Counted from the stretch's first letter, positions 20,380-30,639 are shown. The stretch: 64,000 bases of DNA from an uncultured Candidatus Saccharibacteria bacterium (GCA_964409225.1 CAYPCM010000002.1:413-64412), one strand, 5' to 3'. Numbers and translations are program-made. Notes: generated by a model from the letters alone, not told the origin.

Positions 20380-20442
20380 TGCCGAGAATACAACATGCTC
20401 GGTAACACAACCGGAACACGGAGCAAACGCCGGCCCAAAACG

Positions 20443-21150
20443 CTAAAAGCGCAAATAAGTATTCCAGTATTCGAACAGTTCTTTCGTGGCCATCAAATCC
20501 CCGGCGTTGTAGCGCGCGATCGCATCGAACTTCCCATCACGGAAAAGGCGTCCCACGTCGTCTCCGGTTACGCCTTCGGCCTTGGGGCTCTTGATGCCAA
20601 ATGCCCGGCACCACAGATGCAAGCTCCCTTTCCGGCGCACTGCGCCGTAGAACGTAAGCTGATCTTGCAGATCAATGTGAGCGGCGCCGCGCTGACTCGA
20701 CAAGTACCGATTCGACATAAGGTCAATCGTGGGCCGGATTTTGTGGATCGCCGAGCGGATCCCAAGAAACGGCGCATCAAACGACCGGCCCGCAAACGAA
20801 ATAAACTCGCGGTATTCCAATGCCCCCCTCCAAAACGCCGAGAGCATCTCAGCTTCGGTCATGGGCTTAAAACTGAATACCCCCTCCTCGAAAGGCTTAA
20901 TTTCTTGCCCAGCCGCATCAAAGTACACCGCGCCCTTGCCGCGGTCGGGATCATAGGCGCCGATCGCGACGATTTGGCCGGTCAATGGCGAAAACCCGAG
21001 GCCGTCTTTCAAGTCCTGCAACAGCCGCTCGTATTCGGTTTCATCGTCTGCCTCGCGCCGAATCCAACGCGTGAGCGCCTCTTGGGTGGTAGAGTCGAGT
21101 TGGTCGAAATCCTCGCCGACGGTTTCGATGTCGAAAATGAGTCGGGACAT
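20443..21150 (-). CDS. predicted 3'-5' exonuclease, RNase H-like (COG3298, PolB-exonuclease-like)
   Basis: Exo I motif LIFDIETVG at N-terminus, DEDD-type spacing. Confidence 0.7.
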   Translation of the reverse strand: MSRLIFDIETVGEDFDQLDSTTQEALTRWIRREADDETEYERLLQDLKDGLGFSPLTGQIVAIGAYDPDRGKGAVYFDAAGQEIKPFEEGVFSFKPMTEAEMLSAFWRGALEYREFISFAGRSFDAPFLGIRSAIHKIRPTIDLMSNRYLSSQRGAAHIDLQDQLTFYGAVRRKGSLHLWCRAFGIKSPKAEGVTGDDVGRLFRDGKFDAIARYNAGDLMATKELFEYWNTYLRF

Positions 21151-21159
21151 ATTTACGCA

Positions 21160-21657
21160 TCAAACCCTCTGCCACTCGGACTTCTTCCCTTGTCGTCGCT
21201 GCTCGACCAGCACAAGCTCGTCGTAAATGCCGTCGATCAGGTCGTACCGCTTCGCCTCTGCCAAACTCACCCAGACGTACTGGTCGGATTCACCCTCCTG
21301 TAACGCTACTTCTCCCGAGACATACTCTGCCGTACACGAAATAACCAACGACGGGCTGCCGTCAGAGTGCACCGTGGCGAGACTGGTAAGATACTCTATG
21401 TGCTCGATATCAATTCCCACTTCCTCGTTCACTTCTCTTCGGAGAGTGCGCTCGAGCACGTTGTACCAGTAGTGTTCGGTATCTTTGGGCAACTCCAAAT
21501 AATCCTTGGCTTCCAGTTTGCCGCCCGGCACGGTCCACATGCCCGGGAATCGTTTCTTACTCAGCGATCGTCTGATGATCAAATACTTGCCGCCTTTCAC
21601 AATAATGGCGGTAATTGCCACTTCATAAAGATACTGACCATTTGGGCTCATAGACAC
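21160..21657 (-). CDS. NUDIX hydrolase
   Basis: Nudix box GGKLEAKDYLE...TLRREVNEEVGI. Confidence 0.8.
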   Translation of the reverse strand: MSMSPNGQYLYEVAITAIIVKGGKYLIIRRSLSKKRFPGMWTVPGGKLEAKDYLELPKDTEHYWYNVLERTLRREVNEEVGIDIEHIEYLTSLATVHSDGSPSLVISCTAEYVSGEVALQEGESDQYVWVSLAEAKRYDLIDGIYDELVLVEQRRQGKKSEWQRV

Positions 21658-21786
21658 TTTTTAGCCTTCGGTTCGCTCAGGATTAAGAAGGGTTAAATCA
21701 AAAAGCTCGAACGTCCACGCGACCGCGCCTTGAAATAACTCCTCGTCTTCCCCCTACCACTTCCGCGTGGCACCAGCGTGGCGTTG

Positions 21787-22368
21787 CTAGCGCTTCACCG
21801 CAACTGCCACAATGTATCCTTTGTGCTGCCCGAGCTTTTTATAGTTCCCAAACACTTCTCGAAGGTTCCGTTTTATAAATTCTTTCAACCCAGCAATTGT
21901 AACCACAGAAAACGTGCCTCCCGGCTTCAGGTGTGCCTGCGCGTCGAACAGAAGAATGTCGAACAGCTCCCGACCTGTTTTTGCAGGTAGGTTCGAAACA
22001 ATAGCATCAAAACGGATCTCCGACACATGGCTCAACCCGTTCGACAAGTATACCTCGCAGTTGCGCAGCCCGTTCAGCTCGGCGTTTTTTTGCGCGTATT
22101 CCACCGCCACAAAATCTTTGTCTACCATGTGTACTACTCCCTGCGGAGCAAGCTTCGCCAGCAGGAGACCTATTGCGCCGTAGCCGCAGCCGATATCGAG
22201 AGCGACACCATCCGGCTGAACCGTCAGGTGCTCAATGAGCAACCGACTGCCATCGTCAACCTGAGTCGGGCTGAACAACCCCCACGTGCTGTGGAACGTC
22301 AAAGACTGCCCACGCAAACGCGCCATAAAAACTATGTCCTTTTTGAGATCTTGGATGTCTTTTTTCAC
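21787..22368 (-). CDS. class I SAM-dependent methyltransferase, small-domain (RsmC/RlmG-like) family
   Basis: motif I ALDIGCGYGAIG, motif IV-like VSNLPAK. Confidence 0.8.
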   Translation of the reverse strand: MKKDIQDLKKDIVFMARLRGQSLTFHSTWGLFSPTQVDDGSRLLIEHLTVQPDGVALDIGCGYGAIGLLLAKLAPQGVVHMVDKDFVAVEYAQKNAELNGLRNCEVYLSNGLSHVSEIRFDAIVSNLPAKTGRELFDILLFDAQAHLKPGGTFSVVTIAGLKEFIKRNLREVFGNYKKLGQHKGYIVAVAVKR

Positions 22369-22392
22369 GGAAACACCTACCGATCATTATAC

Positions 22393-22731
22393 TTACATTC
22401 GCAACCGGGCAGCATAGGCAAATTGGTCAAAATAGCGCACCAAATCTTCCAAGGAACTTTTATACTCCTTGCCCCCGGAAACTGCGTCCAGAAACACCTC
22501 TCTTGCTCTGGCGATTTCCCGTCGCCGTCCTTTCCAGCGCGAATCATCCAAGGTTAAATCAAAAAGTTCAAGCGCTCGCTCAATAGCACCAAAAAACAAC
22601 CTAGTATCTCTTTCTTTCCAGCGTAAGGCCCGCGAAACTTCGCTGCCAATATTCCCCAGCTGTTCCAGCAAAGAAAGCTGATACCAGCGCCCCGAGGCAA
22701 AAGTTTGGTGTTGGAAGACGGCCATGCTCAA
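22393..22731 (-). CDS. MazG-like nucleotide pyrophosphohydrolase domain protein (all-alpha NTP-PPase)
   Basis: LLEQLGNIGSEVSRAL resembles EExxE/D metal-binding helix of MazG family. Confidence 0.5.
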   Translation of the reverse strand: MSMAVFQHQTFASGRWYQLSLLEQLGNIGSEVSRALRWKERDTRLFFGAIERALELFDLTLDDSRWKGRRREIARAREVFLDAVSGGKEYKSSLEDLVRYFDQFAYAARLRM

Positions 22732-23078
22732 TCAACAATCAACGCGTTAACAATTTCCTTAATTTTTCCCTGCACCGCTTTATTTTCCACGCCGCGGGAA
22801 CGATTCCCAAAAGCCGGTTTGATATTAATCATCGAATCAAACTCGATCCAGTCCTCACCCGATTTTCCGGGATACAGATTAATACCCCACGTATGTTCGC
22901 GCTTCGAACCCTCCTTTTCCATTAACCACGTTTCTTCGTCTGCGTGAAGTTCGCCGCCAACAGCCATAATGCGCTGCTCAACGTCAACTACCGCTTTCAC
23001 CATGTCGCCAAATCCCTCCGCTGCGATTTCGGAAAGCGTCTGGCGCTTGATTGAGATTTTTACAATCCTAATATCCAT
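22728..23078 (-). CDS. hypothetical protein
   Basis: ORF overlapping neighbour by 4 nt (operon coupling). Confidence 0.5.
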   Translation of the reverse strand: MDIRIVKISIKRQTLSEIAAEGFGDMVKAVVDVEQRIMAVGGELHADEETWLMEKEGSKREHTWGINLYPGKSGEDWIEFDSMINIKPAFGNRSRGVENKAVQGKIKEIVNALIVD

Positions 23079-23150
23079 ACGCGCAGATTATATCACGCCG
23101 CAACTGCGCCCCATGGTACCTTATACTCTTATTACCGCACATGCAGAATC

Positions 23151-23498
23151 TCATTTTAATTCCATAACGATAAGCCCGTATTTTCTCAGTTTTTGCCGGT
23201 AGCCAGGAAAGCTATAATACATTCTTTCTAATTCAGCGGCCGTACTGCATCGAGGATGTATATCTCTGGGATCGTACTTCTTTAACATGGCCCCGACCGA
23301 ACGAAACTTCTTTACGTCATGAATGTCCTTTCGAAACTTTGATTTACCGCAGACCAAGAGCACGGTATCGCCTTTGGCAACTCGTTGATACTTCGTGCTC
23401 CCTGCGCGAGTTTCTAATTTTTTCTTACCGCTTTTTATCGCGTTGAATATGCCGCGATTAACAGCTCGAAATCTCAATATATGCTCTCTACGCCCCAT
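23151..23498 (-). CDS. ASCH (PUA-like) domain protein
   Basis: N-terminal ILRFRAVNRGIFNAIKSGKKKLETR...GDTVLL pattern typical of ASCH. Confidence 0.55.
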   Translation of the reverse strand: MGRREHILRFRAVNRGIFNAIKSGKKKLETRAGSTKYQRVAKGDTVLLVCGKSKFRKDIHDVKKFRSVGAMLKKYDPRDIHPRCSTAAELERMYYSFPGYRQKLRKYGLIVMELK

Positions 23499-23558
23499 GA
23501 CGCTTCTGTTACTTCTTCCACGGAACAGTTGCCGCTACGAAGACGGTGATTATTCAGC

Positions 23559-23807
23559 TCAATATGCCCTACTGCGATGTTTTATCCGATAAATTTTTAC
23601 CTCCTTGCTTTTGTCGTCAACCTCATACATTACACGCCAATCACCTATCCGAATGCGCCAAGCACTCTTCGAGCCTTCCAGTTTTTTGGCATTCGTTCTT
23701 GGACTATTTTCTAAGTTCAAAAGATGCGTAATGACACGATTACGCATCTTGGGCACAAGTTTATTGAGATCGCGTTCGGCTCTACGTTCAATGAAAACTT
23801 TATACAC
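23559..23807 (-). CDS. type II toxin, RelE/ParE family
   Basis: C-terminal WRIRIGDWRVMYEVDDKSKEVKIYRIKHRSRAY. Confidence 0.8.
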   Translation of the reverse strand: MYKVFIERRAERDLNKLVPKMRNRVITHLLNLENSPRTNAKKLEGSKSAWRIRIGDWRVMYEVDDKSKEVKIYRIKHRSRAY

Positions 23808-23994
23808 GTTCTCGGAGATACGCTTTCAGCTCCCGAAAGAAAGTTTTGCCCTTCTTTATCCGTTGCAGTTCTGCGAAATCCTCTTTTTCTTCCGCAGCTT
23901 CTAGCAGGCGCTCGTACTCTTTAATATCCAAGACCACGGCTTGAGGTTTGCCGTTGCGCAACACCACTTGTGGTCGTGAAGTGATTACAGACAT
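23800..23994 (-). CDS. antitoxin (Phd/YefM-like) partner of RelE
   Basis: 64-aa ORF overlapping toxin start by 8 nt; N-terminal beta-strand then acidic helix. Confidence 0.65.
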   Translation of the reverse strand: MSVITSRPQVVLRNGKPQAVVLDIKEYERLLEAAEEKEDFAELQRIKKGKTFFRELKAYLRERV

Positions 23995-24018
23995 ACGTCT
24001 TCAATATACCCCTTTGTC

Positions 24019-24258
24019 TTAAATCTCCGCGAGCGGGACACCCTTTCCCCGAGCGCGCAACGCCGCAAGAACATCGTCTCGCGTGAGACGGTATTCCCCC
24101 ATCACCTCCTCAACAGTCATACCCCCAGCAATCCCTCCAACAACCTCCACCGGTACGCGTGTACCGGTTATCACGGGTTTGCCAAACTGCACTTCAGGGT
24201 CGGCGGTGATACGCGGGAAAATTTCTTTCATATCCTCCCAGTGTAGGATGGGACACAT
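24019..24258 (-). CDS. DUF433 domain protein (antitoxin-like, orphan)
   Basis: PVITGTRVPVEVV...GMTVEEVMGEYRLTRDDVLAAL matches DUF433 consensus. Confidence 0.7.
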   Translation of the reverse strand: MCPILHWEDMKEIFPRITADPEVQFGKPVITGTRVPVEVVGGIAGGMTVEEVMGEYRLTRDDVLAALRARGKGVPLAEI

Positions 24259-24274
24259 GCGCTGTCAAACCGAA

Positions 24275-26986
24275 TTAAGCCCCATGGCATCTCTTATACT
24301 TTTTCCCGCTTCCGCACCAGCACGGATCGTTGCGGCCGATTTTTTGCCTGGTTTGAGTGGCGCTGCCTGCGGGACGTGAGGCAGATTCGCTGCCCTGCGA
24401 CGCACCTGCCAGCGCGAATTCGCGTGGCCGCTCGGCGCGGGCAGCCGCCGGCTGCGCCGAAACCTGCACGTGAAAAATCGCGTGCACAAACGTCGCTTGA
24501 ATCGCCGCTAAGAGTTCGTCAAACAGCCGCCGGCCTTCATTTTTATATTCCACCAAGGGATCCCGCTGGCCGTACGCGCGCAGGCGCACCGAATCGCGCA
24601 GGTGCTCCATGGCTTCCAAATGCTCCATCCAAAATCCGTCAATAGAACGCAGCAACAGCGCTCGCTCAACATTGCGCAGCACCTCTTTACTGACCGCCGC
24701 TTCGCGGGCATCGTGCGCCTCTAGCGCTGCCGCAGTCGCGCGCGCGGACACCGCAGCAAGGTTGGGGATTGCGGCCTCGATTTCCTGGCGCGCCGCGTCC
24801 GACACCGGAAAAAGCGCGCACAGGGCCTCGACAAGCTCGGCCTGCCGCCAGCTCGGCGCATCGCCGTCGGCGCCGTGCGCGGCCACGATCCGATGCGCTT
24901 CACCTTCAATCATCTCACGCACTTTCTCTCGGAGCGTCTCCTCTCCGCTTTCAAGCGCCTCGCGGCGCTTTTTGTAAACCACCTCGCGGTGCTTGTTCAC
25001 CACGTCGTCGTATTCCAAGACGTGCTTGCGCACATCAAAGTTGTACCCCTCAATGCGCGCTTGCGCCGCTTCAATGGCGCTGGAAACCATCTTTTGCTCA
25101 ATGGGCTGATCTTCGGGCACGCCGAGCCGCTCCATGAGATTTTTAATTTTCTCGCCGCCGAAAATGCGCATGAGGTCGTCCTCAAGTGAGACGAAAAAGC
25201 GCGTAGCGCCCGGATCGCCTTGCCGACCGGAGCGGCCTCTCAACTGATTATCAATGCGCCGCGCCTCGTGGCGCTCGGTGCCGATGACAAGCAAACCCCC
25301 GACTTCGCGCACTTTTTGCGCTTCGTCGGGCGAGGGCGGGTTGCCGCCGAGCACTATGTCCACCCCGCGGCCGGCCATGTTGGTCGCCACTGTCACTGCG
25401 CCATGCCGGCCCGCCTGCGCAATTATCGCGCCTTCACGTTCATGATTCTTAGCGTTCAACACCTCATGTCTGACGCCTTCACGGTTTAGCATTGCAGACA
25501 AACGCTCGTTTTTTTCAATGGAAATGGTGCCGACGAGGACTGGCTGCCCTCTTTCCTGCGCCGCCTTTATGGCTGAAGTAAGTGCACGCAGCTTGCCTCC
25601 TTCGGCTTTATACACGACATCGGGCAAATCCCCGCGAATCATGGGCTTATGCGTGGGGACTGAAACCACTTCGAGTTTGTAAACCTTGTGAAATTCTTCG
25701 GCCGAAGTGGCGGCCGTGCCGGTCATGCCCGCAAGCTTCCGGTACATGCGGAAGTAGTTTTGGAACGTAATCGTGGCGAGGGTCTTGGATTCCTTCTGCA
25801 CCTCAACGCCTTCTTTGGCTTCAATCGCCTGATGCAAGCCGCCCGAGTAGCGCCGCCCCGGCATAAGACGGCCAGTGAATTCATCTACAATAATCACCTC
25901 GCCTTCTTTGATCACGTAATCTCGATCACGCTGGAAGAGTATCTGCGCCTTGAGCGCTTCTTCTAGATGGTGGACAAACTGAATCGAGGCCGCGTCGTAA
26001 AGGTTGCCCATGTTGAGCATCTTTTCTACCCGCGAGATGCCGGCATCGGTGAGGGAAACCGCGCGCATTTTTTCATCCACCGTAAAATCCTCGCCGACAT
26101 TCAACTTCGGTACCACCCGGCTAAAAACCTCGTAGAGTTTAGTAGATTCGGTGTCGGGCGCGGAGATGATGAGGGGCGTACGCGCTTCGTCGATGAGAAT
26201 GGAATCCACTTCGTCCACAATCGCGAAGGTGTGCCCGCGCTGTACCATGTCAGCCATGTCATAAGCCATGTTGTCGCGCAGGTAATCGAAGCCGAATTCG
26301 TTGTTGGTTCCGTACGTGATGTCGGCCTCATACGCCTCTCGCCGCGAGACCGGACGCAAGAATTCATGGACCACCTTAAATCCACCCACTACATCCCGCT
26401 CGCGGTCCGCTTCGTCGTTTTGGGATTTTGTGCTTGTGGCTTGTCTCGGATTTCGGATTTCGGATTTCGGATTTTGAGCCGAGCGATGCTCGGCGTCATA
26501 AAGATACGCCTGCTCATGATTCAGACACCCAACACTCAACCCCAATGCGGCGTAAATCTGCCCCATCCACACCGCATCGCGCCGCGAGAGGTAATCGTTG
26601 ACCGTAACGATATGCACGCCCTTGCCTTCGAGCGCGTTTAGGTAGGCAGAGAGTGTGGCCACGAGCGTCTTGCCTTCGCCGGTCTTCATCTCGGCGATCT
26701 TGCCTTGATGCAGCGCCATCCCGCCCATAAGCTGCACGTCAAAATGCCGCTGGCCGAGCGTGCGCTTGGCTGCCTCGCGCACCGCGGCAAACGCCTCCGG
26801 CAAAAGATCATCTAACGCCTCGCCTCCCTCGAGTCGCTTCCTGAATTCGCCAGTTTTCTCTTTTAATGCAGAACCTGAAAGCCGCTCGAAGTCCGCTTCG
26901 AGCGCGTTGATTTGCTCCACGATTGGCTGGAGCTTTTTTATGTCTCGATCGTTGGAATCGCCAAAAATGCGGCCAAATAACGCCAT
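24275..26986 (-). CDS. secA: preprotein translocase ATPase SecA
   Basis: DEAD-like motor motifs, C-terminal zinc finger [14 protein letters not shown]; contains in-frame insertion with 7-mer tandem repeat. Confidence 0.95.
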   Translation of the reverse strand: MALFGRIFGDSNDRDIKKLQPIVEQINALEADFERLSGSALKEKTGEFRKRLEGGEALDDLLPEAFAAVREAAKRTLGQRHFDVQLMGGMALHQGKIAEMKTGEGKTLVATLSAYLNALEGKGVHIVTVNDYLSRRDAVWMGQIYAALGLSVGCLNHEQAYLYDAEHRSAQNPKSEIRNPRQATSTKSQNDEADRERDVVGGFKVVHEFLRPVSRREAYEADITYGTNNEFGFDYLRDNMAYDMADMVQRGHTFAIVDEVDSILIDEARTPLIISAPDTESTKLYEVFSRVVPKLNVGEDFTVDEKMRAVSLTDAGISRVEKMLNMGNLYDAASIQFVHHLEEALKAQILFQRDRDYVIKEGEVIIVDEFTGRLMPGRRYSGGLHQAIEAKEGVEVQKESKTLATITFQNYFRMYRKLAGMTGTAATSAEEFHKVYKLEVVSVPTHKPMIRGDLPDVVYKAEGGKLRALTSAIKAAQERGQPVLVGTISIEKNERLSAMLNREGVRHEVLNAKNHEREGAIIAQAGRHGAVTVATNMAGRGVDIVLGGNPPSPDEAQKVREVGGLLVIGTERHEARRIDNQLRGRSGRQGDPGATRFFVSLEDDLMRIFGGEKIKNLMERLGVPEDQPIEQKMVSSAIEAAQARIEGYNFDVRKHVLEYDDVVNKHREVVYKKRREALESGEETLREKVREMIEGEAHRIVAAHGADGDAPSWRQAELVEALCALFPVSDAARQEIEAAIPNLAAVSARATAAALEAHDAREAAVSKEVLRNVERALLLRSIDGFWMEHLEAMEHLRDSVRLRAYGQRDPLVEYKNEGRRLFDELLAAIQATFVHAIFHVQVSAQPAAARAERPREFALAGASQGSESASRPAGSATQTRQKIGRNDPCWCGSGKKYKRCHGA
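26427..26458. repeat. tandem heptamer (CGGATTT)x4 inside secA coding sequence
   Basis: gtctcggatttcggatttcggatttcggattttgagc read directly. Confidence 0.6.
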
Positions 26987-27150
26987 GATTGACTGTTTAG
27001 CGCTCCCAGTGTAACGTACCTCACTGGGTTTTGAAAGACCGCGAGGGTGTCATGCGGAATACCGTAGAACCTCGCTTCGCCTTAAAATGACGCGCGAGAC
27101 TCGCTCTTTACAACCGAATAACGACCAACCGTAACGGAAGGAGGACTGTC

Positions 27151-28077
27151 GTGGAGATGATCGCAACGTGGCGAGAACACGGGCTGCGGATGATGCAACG
27201 CGATGACAATACTGTCCAGGTTCTCGACGACAACGACTGGGCAATCGGCATTGTTCACGACGTAGAGCAACTGGTGGCCGTCTGCCAAAGCCGCCGCGGG
27301 CAACAAATCGCGATCGTGGACACGGTGCGCTTTGGCCGATCGCTCTGGGTGGACGGCTGGCTGCAGTTTGCGATGTTGGACGAACACCGCTACCACCAGC
27401 TGCTGGTATTGCCGGCGCTGCTCGCTCATACCAACCCGCGCCGCGTGCTGATCCTGGGCGGAGGCGACTACCTTGCCGCCTGGCGCGTGCTCATGCGCCG
27501 AGGGATCGAGCGCGTCAAGATTGCGGATTGGGACAAGACTGTCTCCACGCTCGTACTCGAACATTTCTCTGAAATCCGCGAGCTTGGCGTACACGATGAT
27601 CCGCGCGTTGACTTTTCAGAGGAACTGGACGTAACCCGGTACCTGCCGAACACCGGCGACAGCTTCGATGTAATCATCGAAGATCTCACCGAGCCGGAAA
27701 CCCTTGAGCAGCTTGTGCCGGGCGCGCTTGGGTATCTTAAGCGCATGCTAAGGCCGGGCGGCGTGCTCGTGGCCCAAGCCGGCGAGCTTTCGCTCGCTGC
27801 AAAACCGCTCGAACAACTCGCCGCTACGGTCAAGCGAGTGCGCGAGTTCTTTCCCTGCGTATGCGTGTACGGCTATCCCATCGAGTCGTTCTCCTACACG
27901 CAGGCCTTCACCGCGGCGTGGAAGGACGCGGAGGTCTCGCCGATCATCTTCGACTGGGAGATAGCGCACCGCTGCACTGCGGCGCTCGGCAGGCCCGACC
28001 GCCCCTTTTACGGACCGGAGATCCAGTTAGCCGCTTTCACGCTCGATCCTACGATCAAACAAGCGATCGGGCTATAG
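27151..28077 (+). CDS. spermidine synthase-like polyamine aminopropyltransferase
   Basis: HQLLVLPALLAHTNPRRVLILGGGDYLAAWRVL resembles SpeE HEMLxHxxL..P..VLIIGGGDG. Confidence 0.75.
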   Translation: MEMIATWREHGLRMMQRDDNTVQVLDDNDWAIGIVHDVEQLVAVCQSRRGQQIAIVDTVRFGRSLWVDGWLQFAMLDEHRYHQLLVLPALLAHTNPRRVLILGGGDYLAAWRVLMRRGIERVKIADWDKTVSTLVLEHFSEIRELGVHDDPRVDFSEELDVTRYLPNTGDSFDVIIEDLTEPETLEQLVPGALGYLKRMLRPGGVLVAQAGELSLAAKPLEQLAATVKRVREFFPCVCVYGYPIESFSYTQAFTAAWKDAEVSPIIFDWEIAHRCTAALGRPDRPFYGPEIQLAAFTLDPTIKQAIGL

Positions 28078-28179
28078 CACTAATCGCCTTGCGCAACCTC
28101 AATCCTTAAGCGGCCGACCCTTCGGGTCGGCCGCTGTCTACTTCATTCTCCTATACTTAAAAACTGCCTAGAAACCCTC

Positions 28180-28215
28180 TTCCTAATTATATCACGTACG
28201 TGATATAATTAGGAA
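28180..28215. promoter_or_regulatory. second copy of the 36-bp perfect palindrome TTCCTAATTATATCACGTACGTGATATAATTAGGAA
   Basis: identical to 20344-20379; here between convergent spermidine-synthase-like gene and hpf. Confidence 0.6.
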
Positions 28216-28387
28216 ACCATATAACGTCATTCCCCCTACGCTCTTCTTGGGCTATACGATTGTTTAGGGATTGCTTCGCCCACCTAACTCTTGGCGTCCT
28301 ATTGGCACGAGGCAATAAACCATCAAGCAGTCCGCCCTCTACTCTCGCAAAAGTTAGGCGGGCTCGCAGTGACGGCATGTGGAAGCC

Positions 28388-28807
28388 CTACCTCCTAAAC
28401 TTCTTTTTCTCGCGCTTCAACCAAGCAGCCGGTGAAAACGATTTCAAAAACTTGGCGATCCGCGCTCCACGTTCGTAAAGCGCACGGCGTTTCCCCTTGT
28501 ACTGGGCAAGCTCTTGCAACACCTCATCGCGCATCCGGTCAATCGCCGTGTATATATCGACTTCTTCTCGCACCACTCGCACCATACCTCCGGGAAAACG
28601 CAAATTCATCTCGGCTTTATACACTTCGCCTTGACGGTGGTGCCGCGTGGTCCGGCCAATTTCCACATACGCTTCTGCTTCATCGCCCCAGCGGCTAAGA
28701 ATCCTTTCCAAGCTATCCATCCGCTCGGCCACGTGAGCCGAGATTGAATCAGTAAGTTCAAGGTTTGTCGCCTTCAGCTGAAAACGCATACCAATAATAC
28801 CTACCAC
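28388..28807 (-). CDS. hpf: ribosome hibernation promoting factor (HPF/RaiA family)
   Basis: MRFQLKATNLELTDSISAHVAERM...EVYKAEMNL typical HPF; real start may be the Met at 28789. Confidence 0.8.
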   Translation of the reverse strand: MVGIIGMRFQLKATNLELTDSISAHVAERMDSLERILSRWGDEAEAYVEIGRTTRHHRQGEVYKAEMNLRFPGGMVRVVREEVDIYTAIDRMRDEVLQELAQYKGKRRALYERGARIAKFLKSFSPAAWLKREKKKFRR

Positions 28808-29329
28808 TGGAGACGTAAGAATACATCGATTGGTTTCATCTCCATGTTAGCATACGAAGCGAGCCGAGTCGAGAACTTACCACCCGGCCCAAAACAAACA
28901 ACCCGCCCGCCAGTCGCGGGTCGGGGTTGTTTTAAAGCGAGCCCGTCTCCACACCAAAAGCTGTGAAGACGGGCGAAACGCTTGATCTCAGCGGCGGCGG
29001 CGCTTGGCCGTCTTCTTCGCTGCCCGTCGTTTCTTTGCCATTGTCGTATGCCGTGACGCGCTGTTTCGCGGTCGCCCAAAAATCCAAAACCGAGAAACAC
29101 GCTGTTAGGATGTAACGAAAGTCGACCGCGCGAGCGCCGCATTCACTCATTACCGCACGCTCATCGCAAATTACTTTCGTTCGCGTACGCGAAAATTATT
29201 TTTTTAACTTTCGCGTGCAGTTATGCATTTATTATATAGAACACGCACGCAATAGAAAAGTGTGGATAACTTTCTGTGTAGAAAAAGACGAGACGACAGC
29301 AAAATTGTTACAGATAGATGCAGAAAACT

Positions 29330-29450
29330 TGTGAGAAAACATCGCTATCTCAAAACGCAAGGCGCATAACTCAAAATGCAACTTAAAACGTAAAGTTTTT
29401 CGCTTTGCGCTGTGACTTTGCGTTTTGAGCTTTGAACTTTACGCTTTCAG
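29330..29450. repeat. short tandem/inverted motifs (ctcaaaaCgcaa, ctcaaaaTgcaa, cttaaaacgtaaag, ctttgcg x3) in 630-bp AT-rich region upstream of hpf
   Basis: read directly. Confidence 0.35.
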
Positions 29451-30380
29451 ATACCGAACTTCTTCTTCCAATTCGATCCCTGTTTTTTCGTACACTCGCT
29501 GTTTGATAAGCAAAATAAGTTGCATAATGTCCCGCGCCGTCGCTGAACCAATATTCACAATAAAGTTTGCATGCTTCCGGGATACTTCCGCCCCGCCTAC
29601 CCGCACGCCCTTAAGACCACATTCGTCAATAAGCTTGCCGGCCAGCTGCTTAGCAGAAGGGTTTTTGAAAATACACCCCTCTGAACGGTCGCCGAGCGGC
29701 TGATGAGCACATCGGGCGGCCATCACTCGCTGTATTTCCGCAGTAATTGACGCTGGATCATTGTCTGTTTTGAGCTGAAAGACGCCCCGGAATATAACCG
29801 TCCCCGGCCATTCCTTAAAATTCGACCAACGGTAGCGAAATTGAACTTCCGGAGGCGCGAGAATAGTAGGGTCAGACCCTCCTATGACGCCAGCTGATCC
29901 GATCACCGTTACCTCACGAATGAACTCTCCGGTGGCGTGACCAAATGCCCCGGCATTGCCGAAGATCGCCCCGCCCACGGTCCCGGGCAGTCCCGCCGCC
30001 CACTCGAACCCCGTAAGTCCTGCTTTTGCCGCTTCCTGCACGACCCGGCCCATCGGCACGCCTGCGCCGACAGTCACGCTCCCGTCTGATTGCATCTCAA
30101 AATCAGTATTCTCGACTTTGATGACGAGCCCGGGAAACCCCTCGTCAGCCGCAAGCACATTCGTGCCTCCGCCCAATACGAACACGGGCATACTGCGTGC
30201 TTCAGCCCATGAAAGCGCCTCGGCCGCTTCTTCGCTGGAACGAACCCGCGCAAAAAACCGCGCCGGCCCGCCGACGCGGAAAGTGGTAAGGGGAACGAGA
30301 GAAATATTCTCCTGAATGTGCATGAGGAAAACGACACTCGTTACTGTTCGAGCGAGCGAAGCGAGTCGGGAACCTACCAT
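29439..30380 (-). CDS. murB: UDP-N-acetylenolpyruvoylglucosamine reductase
   Basis: FAD-binding domain LVPLTTFRVGGPARFF, C-terminal MurB domain; GGAG SD. Confidence 0.9.
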   Translation of the reverse strand: MVGSRLASLARTVTSVVFLMHIQENISLVPLTTFRVGGPARFFARVRSSEEAAEALSWAEARSMPVFVLGGGTNVLAADEGFPGLVIKVENTDFEMQSDGSVTVGAGVPMGRVVQEAAKAGLTGFEWAAGLPGTVGGAIFGNAGAFGHATGEFIREVTVIGSAGVIGGSDPTILAPPEVQFRYRWSNFKEWPGTVIFRGVFQLKTDNDPASITAEIQRVMAARCAHQPLGDRSEGCIFKNPSAKQLAGKLIDECGLKGVRVGGAEVSRKHANFIVNIGSATARDIMQLILLIKQRVYEKTGIELEEEVRYLKA

Positions 30381-30639
30381 TTACTCCACTCACCTCGAAT
30401 GAGCTTCAGTTTCTTCGCCTGGCTCCAATCTTTTAACTGTCGTTCCCGCCACCGTGCTTGATCAAAATCGTCGTACTCCTCGAGGTACACGACTTTTTGA
30501 CGCCGTGCCTGGCCGTGTATTTCGAGCCGAGCCCAGAGAGATGCTGCACCCAACGACGGTCTGGTCGCCACGTCATACCGGTGTAGTACGTCTCGTCGTT
30601 GCACTCGATAATATATATGTACCATTTCCACTGGGCCAT
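30374..30639 (-). pseudogene. GIY-YIG nuclease family gene (COG2827-like) disrupted by a frameshift (or assembly error)
   Basis: frame B gives WYIYIIECNDETYYTGMTWRPDRRWVQHLSGLGSKYTARHG, frame A continues KVVYLEEYDDFDQARWRERQLKDWSQAKKLKLI; junction ~30530-30560. Confidence 0.6.
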
